Source: a virus
Taxonomy: Duplodnaviria > Caudoviricetes
DNA length: 58,942 nt
Virus record (IMG/VR): IMGVR_UViG_3300032284_001272
Coordinates: 1-58,942 of that record
Strand: one strand, 5' to 3'
The notes under the pieces were generated by a model that ran no database searches, was not told the origin of the DNA, and worked only from the letters and a program-made list of their open reading frames with translations. Each line of letters starts with the position of its first letter. The stretch's first letter is position 1. Below are positions 57,112-58,942 of the stretch, piece by piece. Made by a program: the position numbers and the translations under genes.

Positions 57112-57154
57112 GGCCGAAAGGCTGTCCAGAAAGGGGAGTAAGAATTTTGTCTGA
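56912..57154 (+). CDS. Small helical protein, possible helicase-loader-like fragment
   Basis: KFAPTIAE motif; overlaps the initiator 3' end. Confidence 0.45.
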   Translation: MTPTEAVERMLAPFSLSHMRNPALFVRMAVEALKNYSPEVLSQLGSPSTGPLTKSKFAPTIAEMISEAERLSRKGSKNFV

Positions 57155-57335
57155 GAGAGAGTATGGTGTTCTTGATGAAGAAGTAAACGATGAGGATGAC
57201 GTAATCACTTACGAGGTGGTTAGGTATGAGAATGATGGTGGCACATTGTGGGCCGTCATTCAAACCCCAGACGGAGAACGTCATCGCGTATTGGTTCGTG
57301 ATGCGGATGGAAATTACCAATGGTGAGGAATTAAA

Positions 57336-58280
57336 ATGGCGACGCAACCTAGCTCAGACGAATTGCTTAAGCATACCGTCGAAATGTGGATCAAGGCGGG
57401 TAGGAGTGAAACGGGTGCATCAAAAATGTTTGGTGTGCCGCGTGGAACGATACAAAACAGAATGCTTAACGCTAAAGCGCGGTGGCCTGAGAAGTTTGCG
57501 GAGGGCGGTGAATATTACCGTGAAGCCCCTAGGCATTGGACATACCCTTCCGATCTTCACCTTCCTGTTACTGACGGGTCAGTGCTAATTGGTGGTGATG
57601 CTCACATTTGGCCCGGCCCTCCATCTATTATGTGGCAAGCGTTCGCGAAGGTTGGGAAGAAGATAAAACCTCATGTGATCGTTTTAAATGGTGATATTAT
57701 TGACGGAGCAAAGGTATCCCGACATGGGGCGAACCTTGGGGTAAAACCACCATCCGTTTCTGAGGAGATAGAGGCGGCTCAAGATCATATCGCGATGCTA
57801 CCTAAATGCCCTCATCGTTTCTACACGATGGGGAACCATGACATCCGGGTGGATAATTACCTCGCAAATAACGCCCCTGAATTAGGGGAGGAGTATTCCG
57901 GGTTATTGTCTGATCGTTTCCCGCAATGGCAGTTTTGCTGGGCGGTACATTTGAACGATGTGGAGGTGAGGCATCGTTTCCGTGGGGGTATCCACGCAGC
58001 TTGGAACAATGCGTTGCATAGTGGTGTGAGCATGGTGACTGGGCATACTCATCAGCTTCAAATCACGGCGGTTAGGAACCGTAATGGATCTCACTGGGGG
58101 ATTGAGGCCGGGATGCTATCAAACAAAAATTCCAAGGCATTCCAATACACAGAAGGGGCACCATCAAGGGCCAATGAGGGGTTTGTGGTCTTGACATTCC
58201 GTGAGGGGTTACTGATGCCGCCTGAGTTCTGTGAGATGGTTGATGGTAGGCCCGTGTTCCGTGGCGATTTCGTTTTTTAA
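57336..58280 (+). CDS. Calcineurin-like metallophosphoesterase with N-terminal HTH
   Basis: GDAH, LNGDIID, GNHD, GHTH. Confidence 0.88.
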   Translation: MATQPSSDELLKHTVEMWIKAGRSETGASKMFGVPRGTIQNRMLNAKARWPEKFAEGGEYYREAPRHWTYPSDLHLPVTDGSVLIGGDAHIWPGPPSIMWQAFAKVGKKIKPHVIVLNGDIIDGAKVSRHGANLGVKPPSVSEEIEAAQDHIAMLPKCPHRFYTMGNHDIRVDNYLANNAPELGEEYSGLLSDRFPQWQFCWAVHLNDVEVRHRFRGGIHAAWNNALHSGVSMVTGHTHQLQITAVRNRNGSHWGIEAGMLSNKNSKAFQYTEGAPSRANEGFVVLTFREGLLMPPEFCEMVDGRPVFRGDFVF

Positions 58281-58285
58281 GGTGA

Positions 58286-58558
58286 GTGATGGATATTACA
58301 CAACGCTTGGCACAATGGGCCGAGAACGATATGCGGTTTGAGTCTGTTGCACTTGAAGCAAAATACGAGATTGAGTTGTTAAGAAAACAATTTAATTTAT
58401 CTAGGGACCTTGGAATGAAATGGATGGATGAGATTGAGAGATTGCGGGAAGCGCTGAAGAAGATTGGCGATGGCGATGAATGCATACGATTATTGGTCTA
58501 CCCATCAAGATGCAAACGTGCTTACGATGCCCGTACCGCACTAAAGGGAGATGAGTGA
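58286..58558 (+). CDS. 'EIERLR...ALKGDE' family protein
   Basis: MDITQRL...EIERLREAL...ARTALKGDE. Confidence 0.7.
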   Translation: MMDITQRLAQWAENDMRFESVALEAKYEIELLRKQFNLSRDLGMKWMDEIERLREALKKIGDGDECIRLLVYPSRCKRAYDARTALKGDE

Positions 58559-58797
58559 TGATGACGACTGATTGGATGATGGAATTAGAAGATTCTCGCA
58601 CTTCAGGGTTATGGTTTGAGATTAACGGTGTCGGTGCAGGAGAGCTTTTAGATTTTATCTTGGCAAAGGATGCTGAGATTGAGCGGTTGCGTCAAGCGTT
58701 GATTGACATTGCAAAGTTAAAGCCGGACGGGGAACTTTGGAACACCAAGCCAGAGATATGGATGATCGCTATTGCCGCACTAAAGGGAGATGAGTGA
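58555..58797 (+). CDS. 'EIERLR...ALKGDE' family protein
   Basis: EIERLRQAL...AALKGDE. Confidence 0.7.
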   Translation: MMMTTDWMMELEDSRTSGLWFEINGVGAGELLDFILAKDAEIERLRQALIDIAKLKPDGELWNTKPEIWMIAIAALKGDE

Positions 58798-58942
58798 TGG
58801 ATATTGATAAACGAAATTTGAGTATTGTTGAACGGTTGGAAGAACTACGAGATTTAATGAAGCAAGATATAGACCGTGCAGTTTTGCAAGATGCAATGGA
58901 CGAGATTGAGAAACTGCGTGAAGAACGCAGTCGGTTGCGGGA
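58797..58942 (+). CDS. 5' part of a small coiled-coil 'EIERLR...ALKGDE' family protein that wraps the origin and ends at 241
   Basis: ATG at 58797 overlaps the upstream TGA; MDIDKRNLSIVERLEELRD continues into ORF 14..241. Confidence 0.75.
   Translation, partial: MDIDKRNLSIVERLEELRDLMKQDIDRAVLQDAMDEIEKLREERSRLR
58823..58942. repeat. Terminal direct repeat copy, identical to 1-120
   Basis: Exact identity with 1-120. Confidence 0.95.

Overview
The window is an apparently complete, circularly assembled tailed-phage genome of about 58.8 kb (positions 1-120 equal 58823-58942). It looks podovirus-like: it has an adaptor, a P22 gp10-like nozzle and ejection proteins, and I see no tape measure or sheath. 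A GcrA-like gene and GTTC-N7-GTTC LexA boxes point to an alphaproteobacterial host. I recognise no integrase, CI repressor or DNA polymerase. Gene order: primase-helicase (1.4-3.1 kb); small accessory genes and an early-like island (3.1-11.2 kb, with tRNA-Gly); terminase, portal, GroES, scaffold and capsid (11.2-21.5 kb); tail and fibres (21.5-38.9 kb); internal/ejection proteins (38.9-49.5 kb); lysis (49.5-50.7 kb); recombination and replication (50.7-58.3 kb). Four signals stand out. (1) About 34, mostly paired, xxGG junction motifs divide five putative virion-internal proteins into cassettes, next to a candidate processing domain. (2) Two oppositely oriented, 11-bp-phased arrays of host LexA boxes bracket the 5.2-9.0 kb island. 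(3) A conserved reading frame with no start codon begins with a GG junction just after a UGA-C stop. (4) Two intergenic elements with covarying stems form alternative hairpins anchored on stop codons. All family assignments come from motif recognition by eye; no searches were run.
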